The notes: generated from the letters alone by a model not told the origin. DNA of 64,000 bases from the human T2T-CHM13v2.0 reference genome, Homo sapiens (GCF_009914755.1 NC_060944.1); one strand, 5' to 3'. Shown: positions 1-13,600, counted from the first letter of the stretch. A program made the numbers and translations.

Positions 1-18
1 TGAAAATGGACTAATACA
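1..18 (+). mobile_element. 3' terminus of a THE1/MST (MaLR) LTR, cut by the window edge
   Basis: tgaaaatggactaataca matches the MaLR LTR end, as also seen at 13583-13600. Confidence 0.7.
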
Positions 19-266
19 GACCACTTGAGGTCAGGAGTTTGAGACCAGCCTGGGCAACATAGGAAGACCCCTGTCTCTAAAAAAAATAATAATTTTTAAA
101 AAATTAGCCAGGTATGGTGGCATATGCCTGTAGTCCCAGCTACTCAGGAGGATGAAGTGGGAGGATCACTTGAAGCCAGGAGTTCAAGGCTGCAGTGAAC
201 TATGATCACACCACTGCACTCCAGCCTGGATGACACAGCAAGACTCTGTCTCTAAGAAAAAATAAA
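19..266 (+). mobile_element. AluJ, 5' part missing or displaced
   Basis: Alu body from mid left arm to A-tail; J-type right arm (ttcaaggctgcagtgaactatgatc). Confidence 0.9.
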
Positions 267-2639
267 TTTTTTAAAAGGTGCCAGGAAGGAGGCTTACAGG
301 GGAAAATAGCAGTCATGCTTGGCTCTCTGAACAGCATCTTAGTCCAGTTCCAGCAAGTCTTCACATGCTATTCCATGACTGGGAGATGGAACAGAAGGGA
401 TTTAGCCAGGTTACTCCTCCTCCCTCTCATTCAGAAGATAAATTAGCTGTAGGACAGGACAGTGCTGGGTTGGGAGTGCTATAAGGTTTGACTATCACCT
501 GAGGTCACATAATCAATGATCCTATAAAAATGACTTAAGTAAGAATCCAGGACATATTAGTACTCTACATAAAAGAGGCAGAAAACAGCTAAGTAAACCA
601 AAAGGAGAGATGAATATGTGGCTATAACCTTATTCCTTATATAAGCATATGTGGTCTCGTTGGACATTCTGTGTTTCTATATATTAACAATCACAGTAAT
701 TACCGTACAACAAAACATATAATCAATAAGAATTCAAGTCTCTATCCATTCTCATGGGTCTTGATAAAACATAGGATATTACTCACATACATCAAAACAC
801 CTTTAAGAACTACTCTGTACCCAGTTCTTACACTCATTGTTCTCCAAACGGAAATTAGCTGTTCCCAGATTCTCACTACTTCTGAAATCTTTCCTGGAAA
901 CCCAGCCTATATGGCTTTCTTCTGACCTTCTCCCCTCTACACTTGGCCCCATTTTTTGCTTATTTGTTTATTTTCTCATTTGTTTCATTAGGAAAAGCCC
1001 TTGAGCCTCTCTGACAGCTCCACTTTTGTTTTCCTTTGCCCATTACTCAGATTCTGCTCAATAAAGGCAAGTTGAGGGCTGATACCCTATGCAAAATTCA
1101 TTTTTAGAAGGCAAGGGAAAGAGAAAGACTGAAAAATATATAAATTAATCTTGTTCATCCCATTTAAATACAAACGTACATGGATTTGCAAGATTTATTT
1201 CTGTATGTAGACTGAAAAACTTGTTATTGTCTTTTGATCATAGCAGCTTGTGGTAAAAGCTCTCTGTTTATACCCAACATAATGCCAAGAGCCTGCACAG
1301 ACATCACAGCATCTAAGAACTCGATCATTGAGGAGGACGTAATGGCAATCAGGTAGGAAAGCTCAGATCAGCCTCTTAGAGTTCAGACAGGAATTTTTAA
1401 AATCTGTAGCATTATTAGTAGACACTCTGAAAGCCCTTCCTGAATTCAATCGTGCTGAGGAAGGGATAAAGCTGGATACTTCCAAGGCCCCAAGAGTGCT
1501 CTTGTTTTTTAAAAACAATTGTTAGGTTGTTTGGTGTTTGATTTAATTAATGGCAAAAGGCTTTGCTCTCATTTTTCATTATTAAACCCAATTTTTATTC
1601 CTTTAATTGAAATGTGCATAAAATGTCCTTTACTCCAGCTCTGTTAATGAGACTAAACAGACACATACGACTTCATCTAAGCACACCCAACCATCTACTC
1701 TTCTGTGCTAATTTCTATGGATGGAATTTTAGGGATTGCCTCTATTTGCTTCACATTTTGGTCCTGAGAACATGAGATGGGGAGGCCTGTTTGGAGGAAG
1801 TGGAGAAAGAAAAAGACAACAAATTATTATTATTCAGTGCGTTCATTTGATACCTTGATAAATCAAACAGGAAATCAATAGTCACCATAAGCCTCTCAAA
1901 TCTACTTTTCTTTTGTCAATTGGGGACGTTACTTCTGTTTCCCAATCCTAGTAACTACAAAGCCCAATATTTCATTATGCCCCATCTCCGCTATTACAAG
2001 ATTTAATTTGGGGAAAATGCAAACTGCTTTTTAACCATCTCTCTCTCAATGTTAAAAAATGGCTTTTATATTCAAATCGATCTGATAGAAAATATTTTAA
2101 AAGCTTGTCATTGCCCATTGCAAATGCTTGCTAGGACACTCTGGTGTGTTTCACCATTATTAAAACAGCAACAAAAAATAAATAAATAAAGTAAAACAAA
2201 AAGAAAGCCCATCTGGGGCCTGGGTAATGCAATGATTGGGAAATCATATCTGTTTGGGTAGAAGATTAGAATCAAAGAATGCAACCATTTTCATCATCAG
2301 TATAACTCTTTGTAACTGATTTCAGAGACGGCCCCAAATGGACGGAACTGCTCTTTTATTACCCACATTGATAAATGTGCATCAATTTTTCATTTTGAAG
2401 CGTTATTTCCTTTTGCAATTTGCCAAGTGCCTTTTCATGCCCTGCGTGAAGACTGTCCCACGAACGAAGCTCCTTCGGGGTAGACAAGTTAATTATCTGA
2501 CTGCCACTCTGATTGTTGGCTGCTGGAAATAAAAGTCTTTACCAGCCCTGATGGTGAAGCGCCAACACTGCTGGTTGACAATGATGTCAAATTCCTATAG
2601 AAGCAGTTCAGGGACAGGTAGGAGATCCACCGCTGAAAA

Positions 2640-2845
2640 CCCAGACTTGGAATGGGGCAGGTCTGGATGCAAATTCCGTACTTCCTGGTATAACTTTAGG
2701 CAAGTTATTCAATTTCCATGAGCCTCAGCTTCTCCATCAGTAAAATGGAGATAAAATGTGTTCCGAACTTCTAAGATTGTTACAAAGATTAAATAGCATG
2801 ATGTATACTGAGCTCTTGACACACAGTAAGCATTGAATAAATACT
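2640..2845 (+). mobile_element. MIR
   Basis: MIR core: ggcaagttattcaatttccatgagcctcagcttctccatcagtaaaatggagataa. Confidence 0.8.
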
Positions 2846-3793
2846 TCTGTTTTGATCATCCGCAACAAGTGCACAATTTCCTTCTATTCACCAGACAATA
2901 ATGACAGTTATTTCATGGTGCTTCCCTAGACATTACTTCAGAAACATTTCCAACAGACATATTTCTTCCACTTTATGAATGTTTAGTGATGCATATTAGT
3001 GGCCTCGGAGGGGATGTTGAAAAGTGTTTCTCCTCAGTCTGGCTCCTCAAGACTCTTGGTGAACATGTATAACACATAGCTGCTGGTTGGGAACAATTTT
3101 CAAGAGGCAAATTAATATTCCTAGGGACTTCCTCCTTTTCCGTAAGCATACATATGTGACTGCTACTTCCACAAGTATATTCTTTTTAGTCATCTAATTA
3201 CAAAGGTGCAAAACTGAAGGGCCTAGAACAATGCCATTCCCTAGTTAAAATAATTAGTTTGCTATAAAAAAAAAAAAGGGAAAGAAGAGGGCAGGAGAGT
3301 CCCTTTGGTTTAGTATTTAAATATTCAAGCTGTGGGGTGTGTTTTCTAATCGGAATTTCAGAAGAGGAAAATAAACAGTACAAGAGCCAAATATGTATTA
3401 ATTATGGTTTATTTATTTAATGCCACCGATGTGTATCAAGCTATGCAAAAGGTAAATTGAAGGCGGAATTGAAGGGCAAAAATAAGGCGTCAGTTCAAGA
3501 GAGCTGACTGAATATTTTACATAGAAATCGGTGACTGATGATGATAAGAACCTGTAGTAAAATCCACAGTGGAGATGGAGTAGGGACAAGGTTGAGGGGA
3601 TGAGAAGAGAGGACTGAAAGAGAGAACAATGTAAACACTGTTTAAGATACTGGCCATGCTATGACATGGCCAGGGAAAAGTCCCTCTCCCCCCTCCTGGC
3701 TTCTCAGAAACCTTCGTGGATCACATTAGATAAGATTCCAAATCAGACGCAGTAGTGTAGACCTCCTGACCACATAGTTTACCACTGATTTCT

Positions 3794-4112
3794 TTTTTTA
3801 TATTAATTTTTATTCCCTATTACACATACTATTTTTGTATCATACTTTAAGTTCTGGGGTACATGTGCAGAATGTGCAGGTTTGTTACATAGGTATACAT
3901 GTACTATGGCGGTTTGCTGCACCCATCAACCCATCACCTACATTGGGTATTTCTCCTAATGCTATCCCTCCCCCAGCCCTCCATCCCCCGGACAAGCCCC
4001 GGTGTGTGGTGTTCCCCTCCCTGTGTCCATGTGTTCTCATTGTTCAACTCCCACTTATAAGTGAGAACATGCAGTGTTTGGTTTTCTGTTCTTGTGACAG
4101 TTTACTGAGAAT
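3794..4112 (-). mobile_element. 5'-truncated L1PA 3' end with TSD
   Basis: L1PA 3'UTR (tactttaagttctggggtacatgtgcagaatgtgcaggtttgttac); 17-bp TSD gtttaccactgatttct 3777-3793 / gtttatcactaatttct 4113-4129. Confidence 0.93.
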
Positions 4113-4277
4113 GTTTATCACTAATTTCTAGTCATGCAGAAAGCAGGCTCAGGATGCTTCTGGTAAGATAATCCCTCTTTGATGAGTTAACATAAAGAAA
4201 ATCACCAGTCCTGACAGCAATGTGTAACTGTGGATACTTATGGATGCAATGACTGAAGTGTTGCTGCTTAAGAAATG

Positions 4278-4409
4278 CCTGCTGGATGATTCCAGAACTT
4301 AGGCTCATCCAGAACCCTGCTGGATGATCCAGAACCCACACTGGTTCTGGATGATTTCAGAACCCCTGGTTCATCCAGAACACCTGTTAGATGATTCCAG
4401 AACCCACAC
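4278..4409. repeat. Degenerate tandem repeat of ctggatgattccagaac / catccagaac modules
   Basis: Six (c/t)cagaac modules arranged as a higher-order dimer of roughly 65 bp. Confidence 0.85.
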
Positions 4410-4486
4410 GACAGGCTTGTGTGAGTCATTTTACAACAGCGGGAACCGCAGACCATCCCCTTGATTTGATTTCCTAAAAAGACCTT

Positions 4487-5700
4487 ATTATTTTTGATCA
4501 CCTTTACTGAGGCTTAAGTTACATACAATTCACTCATTTTAAATGTGCACATCAATGAGTTTTGATCAATGTGTACAGTCACATAACCACTATAGAAGCC
4601 TGATATAGAAGATTGCCATTATCCCAAAAATGTTTGGCATGTCCTTTTGCAGTCAGTCTTTACCCTCACTCCAGGCCCTCGCAACCACTGATCAACTTTC
4701 TATCAATAAACTTTTACCTCTTCTAGAATTTCACATGAATGGAATGATACAGTATGAGGTCTCTTGAGTCTGGCTTATTTCCCTGCAATAATGCCTTTGA
4801 AGTTCATACATGTTTTAGTACGCATTCACCGTTCAGCCCTTTTTGTTGCTAATAGTACTCTGTTGTATGGATAAACCACAGTTGGCTTATCCAAGGACAT
4901 TTGGGTTGCTTCCAGCTTGGTGCTATTATGAAAAAAAGCTGCTATGAACATTCAAGTACAAGTCTTTGTGTGAATCGATATTTTTATTTTTTTCTGAGAA
5001 AATACCTAGGAATGAGTTGCCTGATCATATAGTGACTGTTATTTCTGTTAACAAGAACTGTCACGATGTTTTCTGCAGAGGCTACAACATCTTGCATTCC
5101 CATCCTTGTTAACACTTGATGCTATTAATATCAGTCATTAATTTTAACCATTCTAGTGGATGTGGAATGGAATCTCATTGTGGTTTTAATTTGCATTTCT
5201 CTAATGAGCAATAATGTTAAGCATATTTTCAAGTACTTATTTGTCATTCATATCTATTTTTGGTAAAATGACTATTCAAATCTCTTGACAATATTTTTGG
5301 TGGGTTATCTTTTTATTGAGTTGTAAGGGCTCTTTATGTACTCAGGACAGAGGTTCTTGATCAGATACTTATTTTGCAAATATTGTCTTTCTTAATATTT
5401 TGACAGTGTCTTTTGGAGAGGAAAAGATTTTAATCTGGACAAAGTTCAATGTATCAATTATTTCTTTCATAATTGTTTTTGGGTCCTATCTAAAAATTTT
5501 TGTCTAACCCAAGGTCAAAAAAGATTTTCTCCTACTTTATGTGGAAATTTTATACTATTAGATCTTACAGTTAGGGCTATGATCTATTTCACTTTAATTT
5601 TTATGTATGAAATGAGGCAGGGATTGAGGTTCATTTTTGCATGTGAATATCCAGTTGTTTCAGCACCATTTCTGAGAAGATGACTGAATTGTTTCTGCAC
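4487..5700 (-). mobile_element. Old L1 (L1MB/MC-type) 3' region
   Basis: Antisense L1M motifs: ggacatttgggttgcttccagc, atctcattgtggttttaatttgcatttctctaatg, atccagttgtttcagcaccattt. Confidence 0.85.
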
Positions 5701-6639
5701 AAAGCTGGTCAATGCCTCTTTGTAGCTAGCCATAACGGCAATATCTGGAGTGAAAGGTGAGGATAAGACGATTTTGAAATAATGATGGAGCTGTCAATAC
5801 ACATATTATGAAATATCACTCTCCAGCCATTTAAAATGATGATAAAGTTCTATATTTATTGATGCTATAAAGATTAAGTGATGAATACAATACCCCAAAA
5901 CAGAACACATGGGGTGATTTAATGTTTCTAAATAGAGTATGAGACAAAATAAGATACACAGAAACAGACTGACTGACTAAAAGACCTACTCTGAAAAGCT
6001 AATCATGATCATCTCTAGGTGTTGAATTAAGAGTGGTTTCTATTTTTTGTAAATGTTTAAAGGTTTTCAATATGTCTGGGAGATATATTTATGCTAAAAA
6101 AAAAAGCTATTTCTCTTTTTAAAACATTGTTGTGGGTGGAAAAAAACAGAAATAAGGGTGAGCTATTGTTGAAGTTTTATAGGGCGAATTCATTCCATTT
6201 ACTACTATAAAGTCTTAATGAGTCTCAATGCCACATGAATAGCGTTGAAAAAAATGCCAATACAGTTCCAAACAAGGTACAATTAACTGTAAAATACATT
6301 CTGACATCTGCAACTCCTGTATCCAAGGATGCTGAAGTTGAATGTATGACAGGATGAAAGTTCTGGGAAACATAAATAATGGCAGAAATTAGCAGCCAAG
6401 TTATCTCAGGTCTATTTTAATTCATATTCAATTGTTTATGGCCATAAGGCAATATCAAGCTACTTTCTAAAGAATCTTGGTGTGTCTCCTAATAACCTAT
6501 AATTGGATGGTCTACCTTGCAAATTATCTGCAGTGGCTCCAGAATTACTATCCCCATTCACCCCAGGAGCTCTTCAGCTGAGTGGGATCATGTAACCCAA
6601 CACCTATCAAGAGCAGAGCTTAAAACCGATTCAAAGAAA

Positions 6640-6830
6640 AGAACAAGATAAAGGAATTGGGGATGGATTAGCATAGAGAAGAGATGCCTGAGGGACTTCT
6701 AAATTACTGCTTTCAAATTTTTGATAGTGAAATTATTAACCAGTTGGACAAAAAACAGAAGGGAATTAAAATTAAAATTAGAAAGATTTCACTTTGGCCA
6801 AAGGGTATATTTTTTTAAATAACATTCTTC
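6640..6830 (+). mobile_element. Possible L3/CR1 fragment
   Basis: ggggatggattagcatagagaagagatgcctgaggga...ctgctttcaaa resembles the CR1/L3 3' region. Confidence 0.4.
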
Positions 6831-7204
6831 TGTTCATTCACCAAACATTTTTGGAGCCTCCATTTTAGTCTGGGCTATTCCAAGGAGCTGAAGTTTTTCA
6901 GTGATGACCAGTCAGGGTCTCAGATTCTAAGGGGCTTAAAACTGGATGGAGCTGGATGTCAAAGTTATAAAATGCCAGGAAAAGGCCATTGAAACTGATT
7001 AAAAGTCTCCTTGCATTGTCGAGCTTGATAACATTACTTGCCCCAGAATTATTAGACATCTTTCTGCTGAAAACAGGCACTGAGCCATGCATTCTTTCAG
7101 GTCACTCCCAGCTTTGGGAAGCCATTCCTTTTGGAATCTTTAGTCCACTACTTTAGACTCATGTTAACTTCTGAATTTTAGTTTTAAGACTACTTTTTAA
7201 GATA

Positions 7205-7425
7205 CTGTTTTTGAGCACATATTCTGTGCCAGTTATTTCAGTAAGCACTTTACACATATTATATATTCTACTTAATTCTCCCTATTACCAGGCAATATTA
7301 GTGTCCTCATTTAACAGATGAGATAAGTGAGGCTCCAGTGGCTTAAGTAAATTACAAAGTGAGACAGCAACAGATGTGAGATTTCAATCAGTCTGTTTGA
7401 CTCCAAAGCTCTTAACCATCTTTCT
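7205..7425 (-). mobile_element. MIR
   Basis: Antisense MIR core: cctcatttaacagatgagataagtgaggctc. Confidence 0.8.
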
Positions 7426-8024
7426 CTACTGTGTGTCTTTTATCCTTGAAATCATCCCATAAATGAAGGGTTTTGTAGATGGCTGATTAAGACAGCAACT
7501 CCTTCCCTAAATATAGGCAGGAACCTAGCCTGGGTATAGGGTATTTCTAGCATAAATAGCAATATCCTGTCCTTTGGGGCCATAAGCCAAAGGACTCCAA
7601 GGTTCTGGCACAGGAGGCAGTCCAGTGTACGCAAACACCTGCAGTAACACTCACCAAGTTCAACACCAAATCATAACACAGAAGTTTGCTCTTTTGTAGT
7701 TCTGCCCCTGTTCTGACTCCTGGATTCAGAAACAAGCCTCACATCATGAAGTGGGAGTGTTCAGTAAGGATTTGAGCCATAAATGAGGAAAGCATTTAAG
7801 TATACAATGGATTGATGCTTCCCTCCCCCACCTTTCACCATCCCTTGTGAATACTGTTCCCTGCTTATCAAGGACATGATGAGTAATTCTGGCTAATTAA
7901 TTAGCTCCAACTCTTCCTGGCTTTGGGACAGAAACAGTCATTTAACTTTCCTAATCTTCAATTTCCTCATAGATTTATCATGACGACTGCACACCATAAT
8001 ATGGCCATTATGATAAAAGTATAC

Positions 8025-8222
8025 CTTTTAGCATTTATGAAGCACTTCTTGTGTGCTAGGCACTTTATTAAGTGCTTTACCTGCATATGTCACTCAATAC
8101 TCAAAACAACCCTATGAGGTATGTGCTTCTATCATCCCCACTTTTCATATGAAGAAACCTACAGAGTGGTAGAGCCAAGAGTCAGAACCAGAGTATGTGA
8201 CTTTTGAGCCCATGTTCTTTTT
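8025..8222 (-). mobile_element. MIR
   Basis: acaaccctatgaggta...atccccacttttcatatgaagaaac. Confidence 0.8.
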
Positions 8223-8232
8223 TTCCCTAAAT

Positions 8233-8455
8233 CAGGGGTCAGACAATTATGGCCCATGGACTAAATACAGCCTGTCACCTGGTTTTGTAAACAAACTTTT
8301 ATTGAAAACAGCTACATCCATTTATTTACATATGATCTGTGGCTACTTTCACATTATAATGGCAGAGTTGAATAGCTGCAACAGAGACCATGTGGTCCAC
8401 AAAGCCAAAAATATTTACTATCTGGTCCTTTACAGAAAAAGTTGGCCAATTTTTG
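8233..8455 (+). mobile_element. MER58A (hAT-Charlie MITE)
   Basis: Full length, caggggtc...tttacagaaaaagttggcc; TSD-like flanks ccctaaat / ctctaaac. Confidence 0.9.
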
Positions 8456-8606
8456 CTCTAAACACAATCTTCAATAACTGTCTTCAGCTCTAGTTGACAG
8501 GCAGGAAGTCATAAAGTTGATCCGTGATCTCGATGACCACATTGTATTGAGTCACTAAGGCAAGACTCTTGAGGCCTTTAGCAAACTGTTTATTATTAAT
8601 TTCTAG

Positions 8607-9417
8607 TGTTGCAGCCCAATTAGTTATTCTTGCCCACTGCATATAAATGCCAATATACTGGGACAGCAGTATTGCAGCAGAGAAAGAGCTTATCACAAGG
8701 CAGCCAAGTGGAAGGACAGGAGACATTTCTCAAATCCACCTTCCAGAGAACTCAGAGACTAGAGTTTTTAAGAATAATTTGGCAGGCAAGGGGACTAAGG
8801 CGTGGGCACTGCTGATTGATTGGAAATGAAGTCATAGGGGTGTTGAAACTATCTTCATGCACTAAATAAGTTTCTGGGTAGGGGTCACAGGACCATTTGA
8901 GTCAGCTCCTTGGTATGAGTCACAGGTCTAGGTGGAGTCAGTCTGTTGCCAGAATGCAAAAGTCTGAAAAATATCTCAAAGACCAATCTTAGGTTTTACA
9001 ATAGTGATGTTATCGATGGGAGCAATTGGGAAAATTAAAAATATTGTGACCTGCAGCTACAGGACTCCTAGCAGAAAGCAGTTATGAAAAGGCAAGTTAT
9101 AAAATGCCTATGTTAGATTTTAACTGTGCCTCCATCCTAACAGAATGCAGGCACTTACCATAATTCTAACCTTGTGGCCAATTTGTTGGTTTTACAAAGG
9201 CAATTTCAGTCCCCAAGTGAGGAGGGGGTTAGTTTTGGGAAGAGACTGTTACCATCCTTGCTTTAAACTATAAACCAAATTCCTTCCACAGTTAGCTTGG
9301 CCTATACCAAGGAATGAGCAAGAACAGTTAGTGTGTGAGTGTGTGAGATTAGAAGTAAGATGGAGTCAGTTATGTGAGATTTCTCTCACTGTCATAATCT
9401 TTGCAAAGGCAATTTCA
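8607..9417 (-). mobile_element. LTR8-family (ERV1) solo LTR
   Basis: Minus-strand start tgaaattgcctttgcaaa; TG...CA ends; perfect 4-bp TSD ctag at 8603-8606 / 9418-9421. Confidence 0.88.
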
Positions 9418-10449
9418 CTAGGAAAGGGCAGAGTAAGCAACACTCCTAAATCTTGCTTGGCCAAGAGTCCTTTATTTGGTAGAGCATCTGGTAGGACTAA
9501 TGCTCCCAGAATACACTTCTGGGAATGTGGTTCTAGACAGTCCTGGAGCAAATCAGTCTTTGCGAATGTTCAAAATCTGTAAAAGAAAGTAATACTGGGT
9601 AGAGATCCTCCCAAAGCCTAAACCTGTGGTTCAGGGGTCTACCGCCCACTAATCACTAGACTTTCCTTTTGAAAGACAAGAAAAGGCATGAGTCATAGGC
9701 AAGCGCCTTTTCAAGCATAACTGTGAGCTATGTGGGGACTTTGGGAATCCAGCCCCCAAATTTTAGCCAAATATCAGTGAAAAAGCCATTATTGATTCCA
9801 TCAATAAGTAGTTGCTGAAAACCAAAAGTAACCTGGACAGTAACCATTTCCCCCAATATCCTGTATTCTATAGGGTATTTTAGAAAATAAATATGAACGA
9901 GCAATTTTCATAACATTCTGTTTAGATTTCTGTGATTTTGAAAAATAACACTCCCGGCTTCCATAGCTCTAATCATCATAGAAACTCCTTTGCCTCTCAT
10001 CCTCTGGGCACCCCCTCCTTTTCCTGCAGGTATTTATGTGGCTGAGTACCAAAGCAATAGGAAGAGATGAAGGAAAGGGTGTGATATGTTGGTAAGTGGA
10101 GGTGGGATGAGACCACGGTTTTCAGGCTTGACTTTGTGAGAGTCATGCTTTTCAAAAACACATTTGCAAGTCTGATTTAAGAAAATAATTTCACAAAAAC
10201 CCTGCCAGCATTCTCAGGAGGATACTTTCCTCATCTCCCACTGTCGGATATTAGAAGGTTTTGAGGCTTTTTGAATGAAGACTTTGGGATCACAAATCCC
10301 TACCTGAAAAGATTATCAGGGAATAATAACAGAGATCTATTAAACCCTATTACTCAACTTACCTAATTAACACCCCAACAAATTTACCTACATAATTTTC
10401 TTGTATTGATATACAAAGACGAGATGTAAATAACATTGCCAACCCACCA

Positions 10450-10690
10450 TAATAAAAGCAGCTAATAAATTATTAAACATTCCCTAGGCTGATAATAAGC
10501 CAGGCACTTTACATATATCATCTCATCTTATCTTCATCCCAGCCTGTAGCTGATATTAACGCCTCTCTTTCACGGTCAGGGAATTAGAGCTCAGAGAGGT
10601 TAAGTAAACTGTCCAAGGTAACAGAGCAATGAAATCAGGATTTAAACTCTTGCCCGAATGCCCTAGCCTAGGCTTTAAGTCACTCACTGT
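10450..10690 (-). mobile_element. MIR
   Basis: gagctcagagaggttaagtaaactgtccaaggtaacagagc. Confidence 0.8.
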
Positions 10691-11284
10691 GGATTCCACA
10701 TCGAAGAGAAGCAGACAGAACTCTGGTAGCAGTTGTCATCTTAATCTCAACATGCTATTTGAGGTTTTGTGTTTTCTTTTTGCTTCCAAGTAAGATTTAC
10801 CAAAACAGAGCTCCTCATAAAGCCACATTTGATCAGGATTAAGAAGCCGACAGTGAAGCTATTTAGACAAAACCTCACGTAGTCTTACAGCAGGAAAATA
10901 TCCACCTCCACGCCACACCCCACTCCACCACCACTGCCTTCCTTTATTTGGAAGCTTTTCAGATTTTTATGCTAACACACTGTGGGAGTTTGACATGGCC
11001 CACCCTGAGAGCTGAGAATTTTTTTTTTTTTTACATTTTTATCCTGTGTTTCAGGAAAATTGAAGAGAGAATGAAAAAAAAAAACAGGAAGAGGCTGCTT
11101 ATCTTTTTAGCACTCATTGAAACAATTCAGAGTCACATTTGACGTAGTTTCCTAAATCATCAAGCAATTATTTTCTACCACAAGAAAAAATTGTCAGTTA
11201 GACAGGAAGCCAATTCAACAACTCTTCCAAAATCTAGGGATTCAACATTAAAATCTCCACTAACAAACTAGTGCTAGTATTAAA

Positions 11285-11525
11285 AATCATAACAATAACA
11301 TTTGTATTGCTCACCATAGTCAAAGCTTTGTGCTGAGTGATATATATGCATAATCATATTTGACTATTATAACCTTATAAAGTAAGAGCTCTTATTATTC
11401 CCACTTTACACGTAAGGAAAATGAGGCTCAGAAGGATTAAGGGATTCCACCACTTTACCAATAACATAGCTGGGATTCGAACCCAAAGCCCGAGTCCACA
11501 GTCCAGACTACTAACTATTCCTCTG
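11285..11525 (-). mobile_element. MIR
   Basis: attattcccactttacacgtaaggaaaatgaggctcagaagg. Confidence 0.8.
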
Positions 11526-11529
11526 TACT

Positions 11530-11988
11530 CAAGGTCAGCACAAGTTTGCTGTAAAAGGCCAGTTAATATTTTCAGCATTTCAGGCTATGAAGTATCTATG
11601 GACCTCAACTCCGTTGTTATAGCACAAATGCAGCATAGACAAGAAGTGAACAAACGGGCAGGGCTGTGTGGCAATAAAACTCTTTTATATTAATACATTC
11701 TAGCTGTATTTTCACAGTACATGTGATAATCTGATACATTCATATAATTAAATCAGGGCAATGAGGATAGCCATCACCTTAAACATTTACTTCAAGACAG
11801 TAGGAACCTTCAAATTATTCTCTTCTAGTTATTGTGAAATGCACAAAGGATTAATGTTATCTATAATCACCCTCATGATCTATTGAACACCAGGTCTTAC
11901 TTCTTCTATCTAAAGCCAACGTAACTTTGTTCACAAAAGCAGGCAACCAACCAGATTTGGCCCAGGGGTCATAGTTTGTTGACCTCTG
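11530..11988 (-). mobile_element. MER58A interrupted by an L1 fragment
   Basis: MER58A halves at 11530-11683 and 11922-11988 (ccagatttggcccaggggtcatagtttgttgacctctg). Confidence 0.8.
11684..11915 (-). mobile_element. L1MA 3' end nested in MER58A
   Basis: aaatcagggcaatgaggatagccatcaccttaaacattt...ttctcttctagttattgtgaaat. Confidence 0.75.
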
Positions 11989-12291
11989 TTCTATTCCTTT
12001 ATGAAAGAGGGAAGATTTGAGCTGAATCTGTTAAGGATGGAGTAGATTTCAACCGGTGAGGAGAGGAAGAAAAGAAAAGAAAAAATACAGAGGTTTGTAA
12101 GCAGGTATATATACAAGCCACACCTTATATGGGAGGGTTAGGAACCTTTCTTTGAAGAAGTGATATTTGAGTTAAAGTTGTTGTTTTTTTTTTTTAAGAA
12201 AATCATCAAACAATCAAACAAAACAAAAACTATCCATTGGTTCACAGAATTGGAGAGTCTAGAAGCACTTCGAGCTTCACATGTGGCTTGA

Positions 12292-12676
<385 letters not shown>

Positions 12677-12789
12677 CTATTTATAGAATTTCTTCTTTCA
12701 CATGAGCCCTCTCTTAGCGCTAAGAGTACCCCCAATGAATAAGGCTCTGTCTTTGACTTCAAGAAGGTCCCAGTCCAGTGGGTGCCACC

Positions 12790-12960
12790 ATAGGAGAGAG
12801 TCTGCCTGAGGGTAAAATTCACACAGAAGAAAACAGGACTGAGAAGTGGAGAGGAAGAGAGACTTGGTGGCATTGATGAAGCATCTGGATCAAGCCATGC
12901 CTGAAACTAGACCTACATCTCGACTTTTCAATTCCAGGAGCCACTGATTTCCTTCTACTT
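12790..12960 (+). mobile_element. MLT1 (J/K-type) LTR fragment
   Basis: agcatctggatcaagccatgcctgaaactagacc...gacttttcaatt. Confidence 0.65.
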
Positions 12961-13233
12961 TGTTTCTTGTTTCTTCCTGGTTGAAATAACTTCAACTCAA
13001 ATATTCCTTCTTCAGAGAAACTGAAGCTGACCATCCAATATCAAGCTAGGTCTTCTCATATATCCTTTCATAATGCCTAGTACTTTTTTTTTCAGTGCAC
13101 TTATCACAATTTCAGTTAAGTTATGTAATTGATATTTTTAGCAGCAATCTCTCTTTGGAGCTCTAAGAGGGCTCCCATATTTTGGTCCATAGTGAGTGCT
13201 AAATAAATTCATTGTTTTTAATGTTCTAGAGCA

Positions 13234-13600
13234 TGATATGGTTTGGATTTGTGTCCCCACCCAAATCTGATGTAGAATTGGAGAAGGGGCCTGATGGGAG
13301 GAGATCAGATCATGGGGGTGGATTTCCCCCTTGCTGTTCTCATGATAGTGAGTTTTCCCAGGATCCGATGGCTTAAAAGTGTGTGACAGTTCCCCACTTA
13401 ACTCTCTCTCTCCCTCCTGCCACCACTGAAGAAGGTGCCTGCTTCCCCTTTGCCTTCTGTCATGATTGTAAATTTCCTGAGGCTTCCCAGTCACGCTTCC
13501 TGTTAAGCTTCTGGAACCATGAGTCAATTAAACCTCTTTTCCTCATAAATTACCCAGTCTCAGGTAGTTCTTCATAGCAGTATGAGAATGGACTAATACA
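13234..13600 (+). mobile_element. THE1D/MSTA-type MaLR solo LTR
   Basis: tgatatggtttggatttgtgtccccacccaaatct...gagaatggactaataca. Confidence 0.92.

Noticed and set aside
4278-4409. Possible CRISPR-like repeat-spacer array
   Set aside because: Intervening sequences are short and related to each other, there are no cas genes, and the context is primate DNA
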